Positions 37,890-48,114 of a DNA stretch of 64,000 nt are shown in pieces; the first letter of the stretch is position 1; the number at the start of each line of letters is the position of its first letter. The notes below the pieces were generated by a model that did no database searches, had not been told where the DNA came from, and worked only from the letters and a program-made list of their open reading frames with translations. The stretch comes from a virus. The DNA is taken from IMG/VR virus record IMGVR_UViG_3300009370_001603, positions 1-64,000 of that record, one strand, 5' to 3'. The position numbers were made by a program, and so were the translations under genes.

Positions 37890-37914
37890 TGAAAATTCTC
37901 CTTTTGGTTATTGT

Positions 37915-37923
37915 ATTATACAC
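37915..37923 (-). promoter_or_regulatory. putative late promoter GTGTATAAT
   Basis: In an AT-rich gap ~25 bp upstream of the ATG at 37889; A-tract upstream, no -35 box. Confidence 0.55.
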
Positions 37924-37955
37924 AATTTTTTGTTTTTTGTTAATTAAATTGGTTT

Positions 37956-40900
37956 CTAAACAGGGTTAATTTCCAGCTCAATATACTGGTCTACGCTATG
38001 TGTAGGCCCCATATTATTGTCATTCCATATTGTATGGGAAGTATCGTTATGAAAGTGGAAAAAACAGTCATAAAGCCCGCTTGGGGAGGGATTATCAATA
38101 TCTTCCTGAACTATCCTTTCGCCCTCTGTTAGGGCAATAAAATTATTAGCACCTTGGATAAAGCCGAATAGGAAGCTTTGACCAGCGCTTCCTCCCGGAC
38201 TAGAGTCTGCGGGCATGGAAAGTTGGGCAAAATCCTGCAAAGTGGCAATTTTTGGCTTATGATCTGTTATTATCATCTTCTTCATGGTTGCTTTAGTAAC
38301 AAAAGCACTAAAACCCTTTCCATTTACAGTAAACTTGTTATAGGGCTTAAATTTTGCGGCCCCCATGGTATTTGAAGTGATTTCATCAACACTATCCACA
38401 GTCATGTCGCAGTCGTCGGGGTCAACAAAGTTTATACCAAGATTTATAAGCTTATCAGGATTACAGTCTACGCCTAATTTTTCAAGATCTGAAAGTTTCT
38501 TAGGCGTGTCACCGAATGTCGTGTTGTTGGTGCATGGTACATTAAAATATAAGCCATTAATGCACCCTTGATTCCCAGTACTCATCACCGTAACTTCGCT
38601 TTTTTCAAATCCATCTACTTTAAATTTATCTCCAATTTTATAGTCTTTTCCTAAGTTTACAAGTACAACGTCAACTTTCTCAGGGTTTTGCGGGTTGGGT
38701 GTAAGTTTCACCTTTCCGTCCTCTTCTGACACCGTCTCTAACGCAAGAACTTTGTCAATCGGACCTATTAGTTGATCGTAGTTATCCATAGCTTCAGATC
38801 TTGCCCATACGTTATTGGTGGTAAGGAACGACACCCGAAATCCGGGCATGTTCTCCCCAAACCTAAAGTATGGGATCTGAGGCACATCTCGATTTGCATT
38901 ATAGGGTAGAAGTTTTCCCCTTCTGGTTGGATCTACGTTCCAATATTCCTTGGATATTAATCTTCGATAAACCCCAAACTGTGGTTCCACGGCGTTGCTG
39001 TAAATATCATCCCCGCCATTATCCTTCCACGTAGATGGGCCAAGGAGTGCTAACTGTGATTTCGCTGAGAAGGGAACGCGACGGGGGACTCCGTCTCCCA
39101 CCTCTATAGACTCTTTTATGTTACAGTCTTCTTGGAAGTCGACATAAGACGGCGTCCGGTGATCGACCGTAGTCCTTGCAACATCCACCCAGCAGTCGGC
39201 ATGGTTATCTTTATCTGTATCTACAAATATGTTATCGAAATCGTTCGAGCCGTGGAACAATGGGATCCGTCGGTTGGCTTGGTGATGGATGCTATCCGCA
39301 AGGCCTAGGCCGGGATTAAAATGATGTACGGCAAAGAATCTTGAATCATAGATTAAGTTTTCTCTCTCGTGAGCTTGATAGATACGTACAGATAAGTCTG
39401 TTGTTCCGAATTGGTCATATTTATTAGCGTGCGTCCCTCCCCAAGTGGGAAGCCATGTGGCGCTTGCCTGACCCGCCATACCCGTAAAGCGCGACTGCGA
39501 TCCGATTTTGTTTCTCGTTGTAAAGGCGACGTATTGCACCGCTCCAACCGTACAAACACTCCCAATAACACCAACGGTCAAGAATCCACTCTCATCCCCC
39601 TGTACCCGCTCCATATTCAGCCGCCATCCGGCGAATCCCGCTGTCCAATCCCCAAATCTATTGCACTTGTGGTACTTGATCGCACCTACGTATGGATAAT
39701 CCCTACCATACATAATCCCGTGATTGTTAAAGTCAAAATCGGTCCTACGAGTCCCGTCGGCCTTGAAGGCAGTCGTATCAACTCCGGCGGAGAAATTCTC
39801 TGCATAAATCTTGTTAGATGGACGCCAGTCACCTGCATCGACCATGCTATTTTCTCGATCCCGACTAATCTTACTAAAACCGCATTCAGGCTGCGCCGCG
39901 CCGCCAACCTGTGTCATTTTGCCTGTAACATAGTTATACTTGCGAGACCGGCCCTCAACGGTGCTTCCGCCAGTCCCCTGTCCGTCCATTAAAGGAATGA
40001 CTCTTCCGTGATCATTGACGGATAGCTCATGACACAAAGGTCTAAATTGTATTTTGTTGGCCCTTACGGGACGCCAATCTAGTGCACTTTGGGTATAATC
40101 CCACAGAGGGTTATCGTCTTCATCTTTTGGGAAACCATCTTTAGGCTCTCGATACAACCAGTTCCACAGGAAGCCGGGGAATTCTCTTTCATTAAGCGGG
40201 TGGGCTGTTCCAATATCTGCTTCATCCATACCTCTCCCGTGGGCTATCGCGGCTGTACAGTGGTTCTTGAACATTTCCTTCCACTTGTTATATTGCTCGG
40301 TGCCCAAAGTGGCAAGATCAACTTCGTTATCAAAATATGACCATGCACGCATGTTCATTAGCGGTCTCCCATAATTACCGCTTGGTGAAGCATTCAGCGC
40401 ATAATCCGCTGGCATATGAGTAAGATCTGTAATGCCGTCCACGGCAAATTTATTAAATAGTGCTATGACCGGCCCAGTGTTGATGCCAAACTCCTCATCG
40501 CCTTCAATAAACTGCTTTCCCCCTTCGTAGTGTGCATTTCTTGCGTCGTCTTCGCCGGTATTCTTGGGTAGAAGAAAGCCCCCACCCAATACCTCGTCGT
40601 AGGTGCCTTCGTTGGGCCAATATGTCTTTGCGATACCGTATGCCTTACCCACCCATCCCCTATTTTCTTGAGCCAATGTCTGTGGGCCACTCTCGTTGTG
40701 ATCGTCCATGTCGGTCGCCGTCCAGCCATCTGGAAAAAGCGCCCCAAAATACAGGGTGTTGTCGGGGCTTGCTCCACCATCTTCAATCAGATCGCCATTT
40801 GCCCATTCTCCAAATTTCGTTCTGAGTATTGACCGCTTTGCACCCCTTGTGCCACCAAGCTGGCCCTCCAAGTAGTCAAATGCAGTAACCTGCCTAAAAT

Positions 40901-42554
40901 AGGAATGGCTACCTTCCTCTTTATGCTCCAGAGCCATATTGTTGGGGAAGCCCACGCCGTCCGGACCCGCATATTTCAAGATATCCTTATCCGAACCATT
41001 ATTGTAGTCGTCGTTGAAGTAAAATTTTCTGTGAAATAATTTTTCCGCATTTATTGGACTAACCTGCGCCCCCTTATTTCCAACTCCATATGGGTAAAAG
41101 GGATTTGGTTTTCCGTTGCTTAACTTGATATCTTGCAGAATCGGGAAACCAAAGAAGTTCCCAGCATTTGTAATAAATTGTTGTATTTCCCATCTTCCCT
41201 TAAATATGGCTTCGTGGGTGACCTCGTCTGGTACCCCTGAGCCAAACTCAACGGGCATCCATACACCGTCCACCTCATGCAACAAAACGGTTTTGCCAAC
41301 CTCAAAGGACTTATCTGGATCTGGGTTGTACACCATTACGTGGGCCTTGGATATATCGGCTCCGCGACAGTGGGCTGGTTGAGCATAATTGGGTGTCCAT
41401 TGATATGGGTTGCCATTCTGCATCGTAATTGGCATCGCCTCTCCAGTTCCCATTTGGAGATAGTTTTCATCCATGCCCGCAAGCGAGTCGGCAGTAACTG
41501 AAGCGGCAAGAGCATCTATGTCTTCCGCCCCATTAGCGGTGCCAATCTTTTTTGTTACCTTCGCTATTATAGTCTTGCTACCACTCTGCCAACTATGCGT
41601 ATACTCATTGTAGTGCATAGCAACTTCTGCGGCCACCTTTTGGCCCTCATTGGTCTCATCTGGAGACGAGAGGTCACCATCTTTTTTAGAGCCATAAGGT
41701 CGCCCAGTGCTATCACTACGAATTCCAACCTTCTTTAATTCTGGTAAAGCGAAAAATGCTTTTTTCTCTGAGTCATTTAGAGTGTCTCTAAGATATAGAT
41801 TTATTGTGGTGTTCTCTACTTTGTGACAAGGCTCGCCAGAATGTGGTGTTAAATCAGCGTGTAGGGCTACCGGAATACTTAAGCATCCACTTCTGGATGT
41901 TTTAATATCATCAATAAACTCACGTCTGGCCAAGTCTACATCCGGCCAATCCTGTATTTTTGGTTTAGATATTTCCTTCAATCTTACCCAGTCATTCATC
42001 GCCACGACGTTCAGTATAAATTTCACCGTATGTGCTTGCGGAATAGTGTCGGGGCCAAACTCGTCGTGCAAGACAAGCTGTGGGTCTTCTCCCTCTTCCG
42101 CTGCGGCCTCAACTCTAAATCCGTCGAAGTCAGATATTTTCAGATCGTTATATTCAAAAGGCCCCCAAGGAATTTCCTCTCTGAGATCTGACCACTCCCA
42201 CCTATGCGCGCCATCTATTACTACAAAAGAACCCTTATTCTGATCTTCAAACCTCCAAGCTTCCATTTGTACGGTGTTGGACCCGAAGAAATCAGTTGTG
42301 CTTTCAGTTGCGTCTCTGAACGCAAAAATAGGGTGCGGGTCTATATTTGGACCAAAATTTCCTCGGTCTCTCCGCGTCCCGAACGGGGTAAGAAACAAGT
42401 CTCGAAGAGGATAATCCCCCTTCGGCCCCTTGGTGTGCCAAAAGTCATAAAGCGTGCCCGTTGTAAAATTGGTTAGATTTAGCTGCTTTAAGAAATCACT
42501 GCTGCTTGTAAACAGGTGAAAGTCTACGCCTAGCCCTTCTTTTCTATCGGTCAT
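37956..42554 (-). CDS. large putative tail/baseplate protein (1532 aa)
   Basis: AGGAG RBS; size, composition and position in the block after the tape measure; no family recognised. Confidence 0.5.
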   Translation of the reverse strand: MTDRKEGLGVDFHLFTSSSDFLKQLNLTNFTTGTLYDFWHTKGPKGDYPLRDLFLTPFGTRRDRGNFGPNIDPHPIFAFRDATESTTDFFGSNTVQMEAWRFEDQNKGSFVVIDGAHRWEWSDLREEIPWGPFEYNDLKISDFDGFRVEAAAEEGEDPQLVLHDEFGPDTIPQAHTVKFILNVVAMNDWVRLKEISKPKIQDWPDVDLARREFIDDIKTSRSGCLSIPVALHADLTPHSGEPCHKVENTTINLYLRDTLNDSEKKAFFALPELKKVGIRSDSTGRPYGSKKDGDLSSPDETNEGQKVAAEVAMHYNEYTHSWQSGSKTIIAKVTKKIGTANGAEDIDALAASVTADSLAGMDENYLQMGTGEAMPITMQNGNPYQWTPNYAQPAHCRGADISKAHVMVYNPDPDKSFEVGKTVLLHEVDGVWMPVEFGSGVPDEVTHEAIFKGRWEIQQFITNAGNFFGFPILQDIKLSNGKPNPFYPYGVGNKGAQVSPINAEKLFHRKFYFNDDYNNGSDKDILKYAGPDGVGFPNNMALEHKEEGSHSYFRQVTAFDYLEGQLGGTRGAKRSILRTKFGEWANGDLIEDGGASPDNTLYFGALFPDGWTATDMDDHNESGPQTLAQENRGWVGKAYGIAKTYWPNEGTYDEVLGGGFLLPKNTGEDDARNAHYEGGKQFIEGDEEFGINTGPVIALFNKFAVDGITDLTHMPADYALNASPSGNYGRPLMNMRAWSYFDNEVDLATLGTEQYNKWKEMFKNHCTAAIAHGRGMDEADIGTAHPLNEREFPGFLWNWLYREPKDGFPKDEDDNPLWDYTQSALDWRPVRANKIQFRPLCHELSVNDHGRVIPLMDGQGTGGSTVEGRSRKYNYVTGKMTQVGGAAQPECGFSKISRDRENSMVDAGDWRPSNKIYAENFSAGVDTTAFKADGTRRTDFDFNNHGIMYGRDYPYVGAIKYHKCNRFGDWTAGFAGWRLNMERVQGDESGFLTVGVIGSVCTVGAVQYVAFTTRNKIGSQSRFTGMAGQASATWLPTWGGTHANKYDQFGTTDLSVRIYQAHERENLIYDSRFFAVHHFNPGLGLADSIHHQANRRIPLFHGSNDFDNIFVDTDKDNHADCWVDVARTTVDHRTPSYVDFQEDCNIKESIEVGDGVPRRVPFSAKSQLALLGPSTWKDNGGDDIYSNAVEPQFGVYRRLISKEYWNVDPTRRGKLLPYNANRDVPQIPYFRFGENMPGFRVSFLTTNNVWARSEAMDNYDQLIGPIDKVLALETVSEEDGKVKLTPNPQNPEKVDVVLVNLGKDYKIGDKFKVDGFEKSEVTVMSTGNQGCINGLYFNVPCTNNTTFGDTPKKLSDLEKLGVDCNPDKLINLGINFVDPDDCDMTVDSVDEITSNTMGAAKFKPYNKFTVNGKGFSAFVTKATMKKMIITDHKPKIATLQDFAQLSMPADSSPGGSAGQSFLFGFIQGANNFIALTEGERIVQEDIDNPSPSGLYDCFFHFHNDTSHTIWNDNNMGPTHSVDQYIELEINPV

Positions 42555-42567
42555 ATTATTCTCCTAA

Positions 42568-45500
42568 TCATTCCGGTGGTCCTCTTCTATCTTCAGGTTT
42601 TTTCACGGGTGGCTCTGGAACCGCTGGGACATTTTGGTTTCCATCTCCTCGCCCTGTCACGAGAGTGATAAAATCGCCAATGTGGCCGGTTGCTACCTCT
42701 CCTGCATCTATAGCGAAATCCACTACATCCTCAGCCAAAGCCTGCATTTCAGCATACTGCTGGGCGTTAGTTTGTATCGTGCTATAACCCCTTTTAATTA
42801 AATCGTAGGCGCCCGTCGCGGCGTCTTCCCCTATGTTTATTAGCTCGCCAGTCAGGTCGTGCGGCTTTCCATTGTTCCAAGATGTACTAGCCTGTACGAA
42901 TAGATTGCTTTGCTCCATTTTTCCCTTTTCAAAATCTGAGAAGTGTTGGCCAGCTTGCTTTGCCCTATCAAGGAACTCTTGGCCGCCACCCTGTAGTACC
43001 GCCTCGTATAGATTTTTATTTGACAGTGCTTTTCCTAAACCCCGTCTAATCGCGTTGTTTCTCTGATCAGTTAATTTCTGCCTTTCCCTAACAACTTGAG
43101 CTATAGCGCCCTCTTTTTGTTTTTGCAGTTTACCAAAGCTTGAAGTATATAAATCCATCCTTACAGTAGTGCTAACCTCGCTAGCTGATATAGTCACGTC
43201 AATTGATGTTACTAATGGTCCACCAAGCTTTAACGCTTTAGCCAGACCAATTCCAGTCGGAGCTTGAGGTATAGCAAAGCCGCCACGCTCAGAAAATAGT
43301 AATAAACTATTAGAAAACTGAGCCTGTAAATAACCAGCGTCATTCATCAACTGATAACCACCAAAATTCCAAGGCACTAAGTTTTCATCTTTTACAAATT
43401 CAATTTTGCCACCTATATTTGTTACTCCGGGAGAAAGGGTTCCGGGGTCAATAGAGGCGTTAGACAACCACGGACCATAACATCTCTCCATTGACATTAA
43501 AGGTATGGCTACCATGTCGGGATAAACAGGAGATGGCGACGTAAATGACAATCTACTGTCCATTGACGCAACGCCAGCGTTCTGCATTGCCTTCTTCTGG
43601 GCCGCCCTAGCTTCATTGATTTCTCCAATGGTAAACCTTTGCAACTCCTCGCAGCTCGGTTCCATATCCCCATTAGTAATCTCAGCAGGTTCTTCAAAAC
43701 CTATGACACCCTTAACCACGTCTCGGGTCTGTATGCTATACATTGATGCTGTTTGGTAAGCAGAAAGCGGGCCGTCGCAATATCTTAAATCAACGGTGGG
43801 GGTAACCATCCCCGGTAAAGTAACCAGAGCATACACATGGTTTGAAGCTTGAAGAACTTTTCTTCCATCTACCAATTGTATAATATCCTTATCCATACCT
43901 ACTATGTCGCCCTCAAAACTTCCGTCATCAGACTTCTTATAAACTGGTACGCCATCAACAGCATTCGATTTCATGAAATCAGTTGTGTTTACACGTTTGT
44001 TCTTCTTTCCGTCGGCGGGGCTGAAAACTGGTAATACTTTTCTTATGACGCCGCTAGGAACCACGCAGCCAGCCTCGTTCTCTGGAGTGTCGGGATCATC
44101 TTCTAACGTTCTATTAATGATCTCCATCCTTGGAATGGGAACCACGGTTTTAAACCCACGGGCAAATACTTTTGTTGGAACATCTATAACCTGTGGGGGC
44201 ATATAAAACTCTTCATCCACGCTGCACCTTACGAAAGCTATAGACGGGTCTTGCCTATCTAAGAGTTTGTCATCTGCCAGCTTGGTCTGAATCTGAGCCA
44301 TCGTGAGGCTCTTGTCTGGATTTACGTTATCTAAATCCTCCAAGGCGTCTGGAATAATAAACCCATATTTATTTATGCTCTGTTGACTCAAGCTCTCTGC
44401 TGATATTTTTGAAAAATCATAAAGATGACTATTGTCAAACCTGACATAGCAAGACATGCGGTTTGCTGCCGTCATCATATTTGTGGGGTCTATGGGGGAT
44501 AGAGCATCCCTGATATCACGAGGAAAGCTCTTCTTACTTCTAGCCTTCTGACCAGCCCTCCAGCCAGCAGACTGGAAGCCTCTCAGGTTGTGGTCAACGA
44601 ACCCGCCCTGTGGTTCTGGTTTATAGTTATACTCCCACTTGTCTGCAAACGGGTTAAAGTTAACCTTTAAGGCTCCGTTGCCATAGCCGTACTTAAAATT
44701 CGCATCGCCAAATCTTTTCTCGTAATCTAAATAATGCTCAAAGGAGTCTCTAAAGGTCACACTGGACGATAGCGATCTAATAGTGGCAGACCATTCGGTG
44801 CCAGTAGCGTAGAATGCATTGGTTGCAGTTATTGGAAGTGGCTTGAATCCAAAGGGACCAGCTTTTATGCTATCATAATTACCGCGATAGTATTCTACCT
44901 CGTTTTGAAATTTTAAGTTTGTCTTATTGGGAATTTTAACCAAGAATTTTTTGCCCAAGTTTTCTGACGCCACCTTCTTAACGAAATCATAAACCTTTCT
45001 GGCGTTTGCCTGCCCCTCTTTCGCTAATCTCGAAACATTTTTTATCAGCTTTTTGTTGTTACCTATGGTATCTTTAATCTCGGCAATTAAAAGCTTATCA
45101 GCCGCATCTGCATCCTTTAACTGTTCTTCAATATCCTTTACATATCTTTTGGCTTCAGAAAGAGCTAAATATAGATTTGCGTGCGTGGCCGCGAAAGTAG
45201 CTTTTGCAAGTATGTCATTCGAGTAAGCCCTCTTAAATTGAATCCACTTTTTATTTATACTCTTTTCTATCTTTTTTATTTCTATAAGAGCATCTTCTTT
45301 TATCATGTCAAAGTATGGGCCGTTTGTATCTAATTTATCCTTCAGTCTTTCTAGATTGCTAGTTAAAGCTGTTTGCGCCCCAACGACCCCTGCCATACCA
45401 GCTCTCGCAACACCAATTTTTTCCGCCCTCTTATAATATAATGGGTACCCAAATGGCGGAGCGCAAGGGCTAGCTGGATATCCATCCTTACCCAAATAGT

Positions 45501-47562
45501 TTTTATCGGATCTCCAGACACACCTTGGAACTGAAACGCCATACTTGCCATCATAAACAACTTTAAGCATTTCTGTTAACTCTGTGCCAAGGCCCAGATC
45601 TTCAATTTCTGTTAAAACGTCGGCTGGAATATGAGAATCAAAAAGTTTTTGTGGGCCATCAAGCCTCTTCATCCACTGTTCATCATATTGCAGGAGAAAG
45701 TTTTCCCACTGCTCATAAGAGACTAAAGCTGCCCTTAATTCAATTTCAGTTGCGACATAATAGTTGCCCACACCATAGGCGTTGAGACCAGTAGAATCTA
45801 GTAGAATTTGTTGATAGGAGCCAAACCCTTTGGGTATAGTGACCGCCTTCTCAGACCCTAGAAATCCATAAAAAGGTAGAACCTGTTGTTTTAACATGGT
45901 TTCTAGAGACCATTTATCTCTTTCAAGCTTATTAAGTCTATTTCTATGTCCGTTTTTTTGCTTTCTAAGTTCAACATCATTTCTATCTTTATTAGCCGTA
46001 AAATAATACATGTTGGTTTCTTGACCGCCAACAACAAACTTATCAGTAGTTACATTTGAAAGTTCATATCCAAGATCTTGGTTCTTTACTTCGACATTGC
46101 TTTGTGCAAGAAAGTCTAAGTAGGATTTAATAGCCCCATATGTTGGAGGTCTCCTTTTATCAATAGCATCTACCCTAATAATACCCGCTATCATTTGTGA
46201 TCTCTTCTCCGGATAGGTATTGATTATCTGACTGTTATAATCATAGAGAGTTTTACATGCGGGATGGTTAATCACCGGCAGCAGGGTAACAAAGAGATCA
46301 TGGCTTATAATATCACATAATTCTTGAGCCAATGCAAGTAGATCTATTTGGTCAAACTCCAAGAAATAAGCTGGGGGTATGAGGTCGGTCGGTATGCCAC
46401 CAAAATCAACTACATATTTATATCCCCTAAAATCTATTGGGCCGCCATATCCGGCTTGCTCGTACTCAGTCGGAAGGAATCCATTATAGTTCATCAAAGC
46501 CGCCAAGCCGTCTTTTACCCTATACCAAGGCATACCCCTTTCGCTTCTACGGGCAAAGCCTTGTCCTGTAATTGGGAACTTGTTACCAAGGGTATCTTTT
46601 AGCGCTGAACTCGAATCCGCGCTGAAGAATGTCCCCGCGTAATTAGCAGGTGGAAAGTGGTAGTTATCATCTCCAACAAAGCCAAATTTCCCAGTAGCCG
46701 GATCTACAATCTTACCCACGGGATTCTTGCTCAGGGAAGCTTGGTTGAGAGCAGTAACCAAAGGCTCGCTGGGATCATGCTCTAAAAAGCCAAAAACATT
46801 AAGTAAGTTTTTATTATTAAACGTTGTTCCGGCATAATTATTCAATAGCACCGTGGCATTTGATAGTATCTCTCTAGGGTCTTTAACCTGTAGTGAGTAT
46901 AAGGGGGCGCCGCCCGGACCCCTATTCTGCGTATAGCTTTGCAAGATGCCACCAAAAGATAGATGGTCTTTACCTCTCCATACCGTATCGTTATTCCAAA
47001 GCGCGCTTTTGTTCACCCATGTGTTTTTTTGGTTGCTCTCGCCCTTATTGGTAATCTCTCTCAGGTAGTGGTATTCTCCGGGAACTCTTTCTATTTCTCC
47101 ATTTGTGGTCACTTCTGGGAAATCTGAGGGCGCCCCTAATGTACTATGCCCGTAAGTATCATCAAAGGTTTTCCTCCAAGCCTGTTCAATTGTGGCTGGA
47201 TTTCCACCAAATTTAAAGTAAACAGGTGTTCCAACAATTGGCGGTCTGAAATGGTCTGCATCGCCATTATGATATGGATCATCACCGCTTCCCAGCAGGG
47301 TGCGATCAGAAAAATTGAACTCATCATTAACTAGATCAACTGACAGTGTAGACACACTATCTCCGAACCCAGCCGATAGACTAAAGTTTCTAATGGAGGC
47401 CCCAAGAAAAGTTTGCTGAGGAAATCCCTCTGCGCCTTCCTTCCAGCCCGCATCAGACAGGGAGCCGTTTATGCCCTGAGTCAAGACGGGTTGCGACGGC
47501 CAGTCGGTGCCAAAATGACCGCTGGGTGCAAACATGCCTAATAATTCTGAAGATTCAGCCAT
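42568..47562 (-). CDS. large putative tail hub/baseplate protein (1664 aa)
   Basis: FLGASIRNFS..AGFG...LSVDLV, FGGILQSY, YGPW, C-terminal GPLVTSIDVTIS...STT; central coiled coil; position in the tail block. Confidence 0.55.
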   Translation of the reverse strand: MAESSELLGMFAPSGHFGTDWPSQPVLTQGINGSLSDAGWKEGAEGFPQQTFLGASIRNFSLSAGFGDSVSTLSVDLVNDEFNFSDRTLLGSGDDPYHNGDADHFRPPIVGTPVYFKFGGNPATIEQAWRKTFDDTYGHSTLGAPSDFPEVTTNGEIERVPGEYHYLREITNKGESNQKNTWVNKSALWNNDTVWRGKDHLSFGGILQSYTQNRGPGGAPLYSLQVKDPREILSNATVLLNNYAGTTFNNKNLLNVFGFLEHDPSEPLVTALNQASLSKNPVGKIVDPATGKFGFVGDDNYHFPPANYAGTFFSADSSSALKDTLGNKFPITGQGFARRSERGMPWYRVKDGLAALMNYNGFLPTEYEQAGYGGPIDFRGYKYVVDFGGIPTDLIPPAYFLEFDQIDLLALAQELCDIISHDLFVTLLPVINHPACKTLYDYNSQIINTYPEKRSQMIAGIIRVDAIDKRRPPTYGAIKSYLDFLAQSNVEVKNQDLGYELSNVTTDKFVVGGQETNMYYFTANKDRNDVELRKQKNGHRNRLNKLERDKWSLETMLKQQVLPFYGFLGSEKAVTIPKGFGSYQQILLDSTGLNAYGVGNYYVATEIELRAALVSYEQWENFLLQYDEQWMKRLDGPQKLFDSHIPADVLTEIEDLGLGTELTEMLKVVYDGKYGVSVPRCVWRSDKNYLGKDGYPASPCAPPFGYPLYYKRAEKIGVARAGMAGVVGAQTALTSNLERLKDKLDTNGPYFDMIKEDALIEIKKIEKSINKKWIQFKRAYSNDILAKATFAATHANLYLALSEAKRYVKDIEEQLKDADAADKLLIAEIKDTIGNNKKLIKNVSRLAKEGQANARKVYDFVKKVASENLGKKFLVKIPNKTNLKFQNEVEYYRGNYDSIKAGPFGFKPLPITATNAFYATGTEWSATIRSLSSSVTFRDSFEHYLDYEKRFGDANFKYGYGNGALKVNFNPFADKWEYNYKPEPQGGFVDHNLRGFQSAGWRAGQKARSKKSFPRDIRDALSPIDPTNMMTAANRMSCYVRFDNSHLYDFSKISAESLSQQSINKYGFIIPDALEDLDNVNPDKSLTMAQIQTKLADDKLLDRQDPSIAFVRCSVDEEFYMPPQVIDVPTKVFARGFKTVVPIPRMEIINRTLEDDPDTPENEAGCVVPSGVIRKVLPVFSPADGKKNKRVNTTDFMKSNAVDGVPVYKKSDDGSFEGDIVGMDKDIIQLVDGRKVLQASNHVYALVTLPGMVTPTVDLRYCDGPLSAYQTASMYSIQTRDVVKGVIGFEEPAEITNGDMEPSCEELQRFTIGEINEARAAQKKAMQNAGVASMDSRLSFTSPSPVYPDMVAIPLMSMERCYGPWLSNASIDPGTLSPGVTNIGGKIEFVKDENLVPWNFGGYQLMNDAGYLQAQFSNSLLLFSERGGFAIPQAPTGIGLAKALKLGGPLVTSIDVTISASEVSTTVRMDLYTSSFGKLQKQKEGAIAQVVRERQKLTDQRNNAIRRGLGKALSNKNLYEAVLQGGGQEFLDRAKQAGQHFSDFEKGKMEQSNLFVQASTSWNNGKPHDLTGELINIGEDAATGAYDLIKRGYSTIQTNAQQYAEMQALAEDVVDFAIDAGEVATGHIGDFITLVTGRGDGNQNVPAVPEPPVKKPEDRRGPPE

Positions 47563-47572
47563 GATTCCTTCC

Positions 47573-48112
47573 TTAGTATGGATACGGATAATACGGTGTG
47601 GCTATAACATAGTCCGAAACATAAGGTACTACAAAATATACTGGGGGTTGTGAATCGTGTCCGTGGTGAATAAACGGTTGAAACAGATTAAAATCTATTG
47701 CAACGTACTTGGTTCCCCTGTTGCTAAACTGTCCTACAGAGCCATCAAAATGAAAAATACCAGTTTGCTCTGCGTTGAGTGTTGTGTCAACATCTGCGCC
47801 AAACGTTTTGTACAGACCGGAAACAGCCCACCACTCTGGGCTATACGGCGAATCTGCAACCGCTGAAACAGAGCTGGGCGATGGGAAGGGGAAATTTATA
47901 CCACTCGGCCCATTCGCGCCCAATATATTCTCGTGGTGTTGTGAATAATCAAAAAAGTGAGCTTCTGAGGACGGCATTACAACTCCGCTCACGAAGTTTG
48001 CCTTTAAAAACTCCTCACTCAAGGGTGTTGCGGGGTCACAGTAACGATACTCTGGAAACCCCTGCTCGTCCTCTCGGATTTTTTCACAGTCTTCATTGGG
48101 ATCTACAGGCAT
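47573..48112 (-). CDS. putative virion protein (179 aa)
   Basis: In-operon ORF in the structural block. Confidence 0.5.
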   Translation of the reverse strand: MPVDPNEDCEKIREDEQGFPEYRYCDPATPLSEEFLKANFVSGVVMPSSEAHFFDYSQHHENILGANGPSGINFPFPSPSSVSAVADSPYSPEWWAVSGLYKTFGADVDTTLNAEQTGIFHFDGSVGQFSNRGTKYVAIDFNLFQPFIHHGHDSQPPVYFVVPYVSDYVIATPYYPYPY

Positions 48113-48114
48113 AT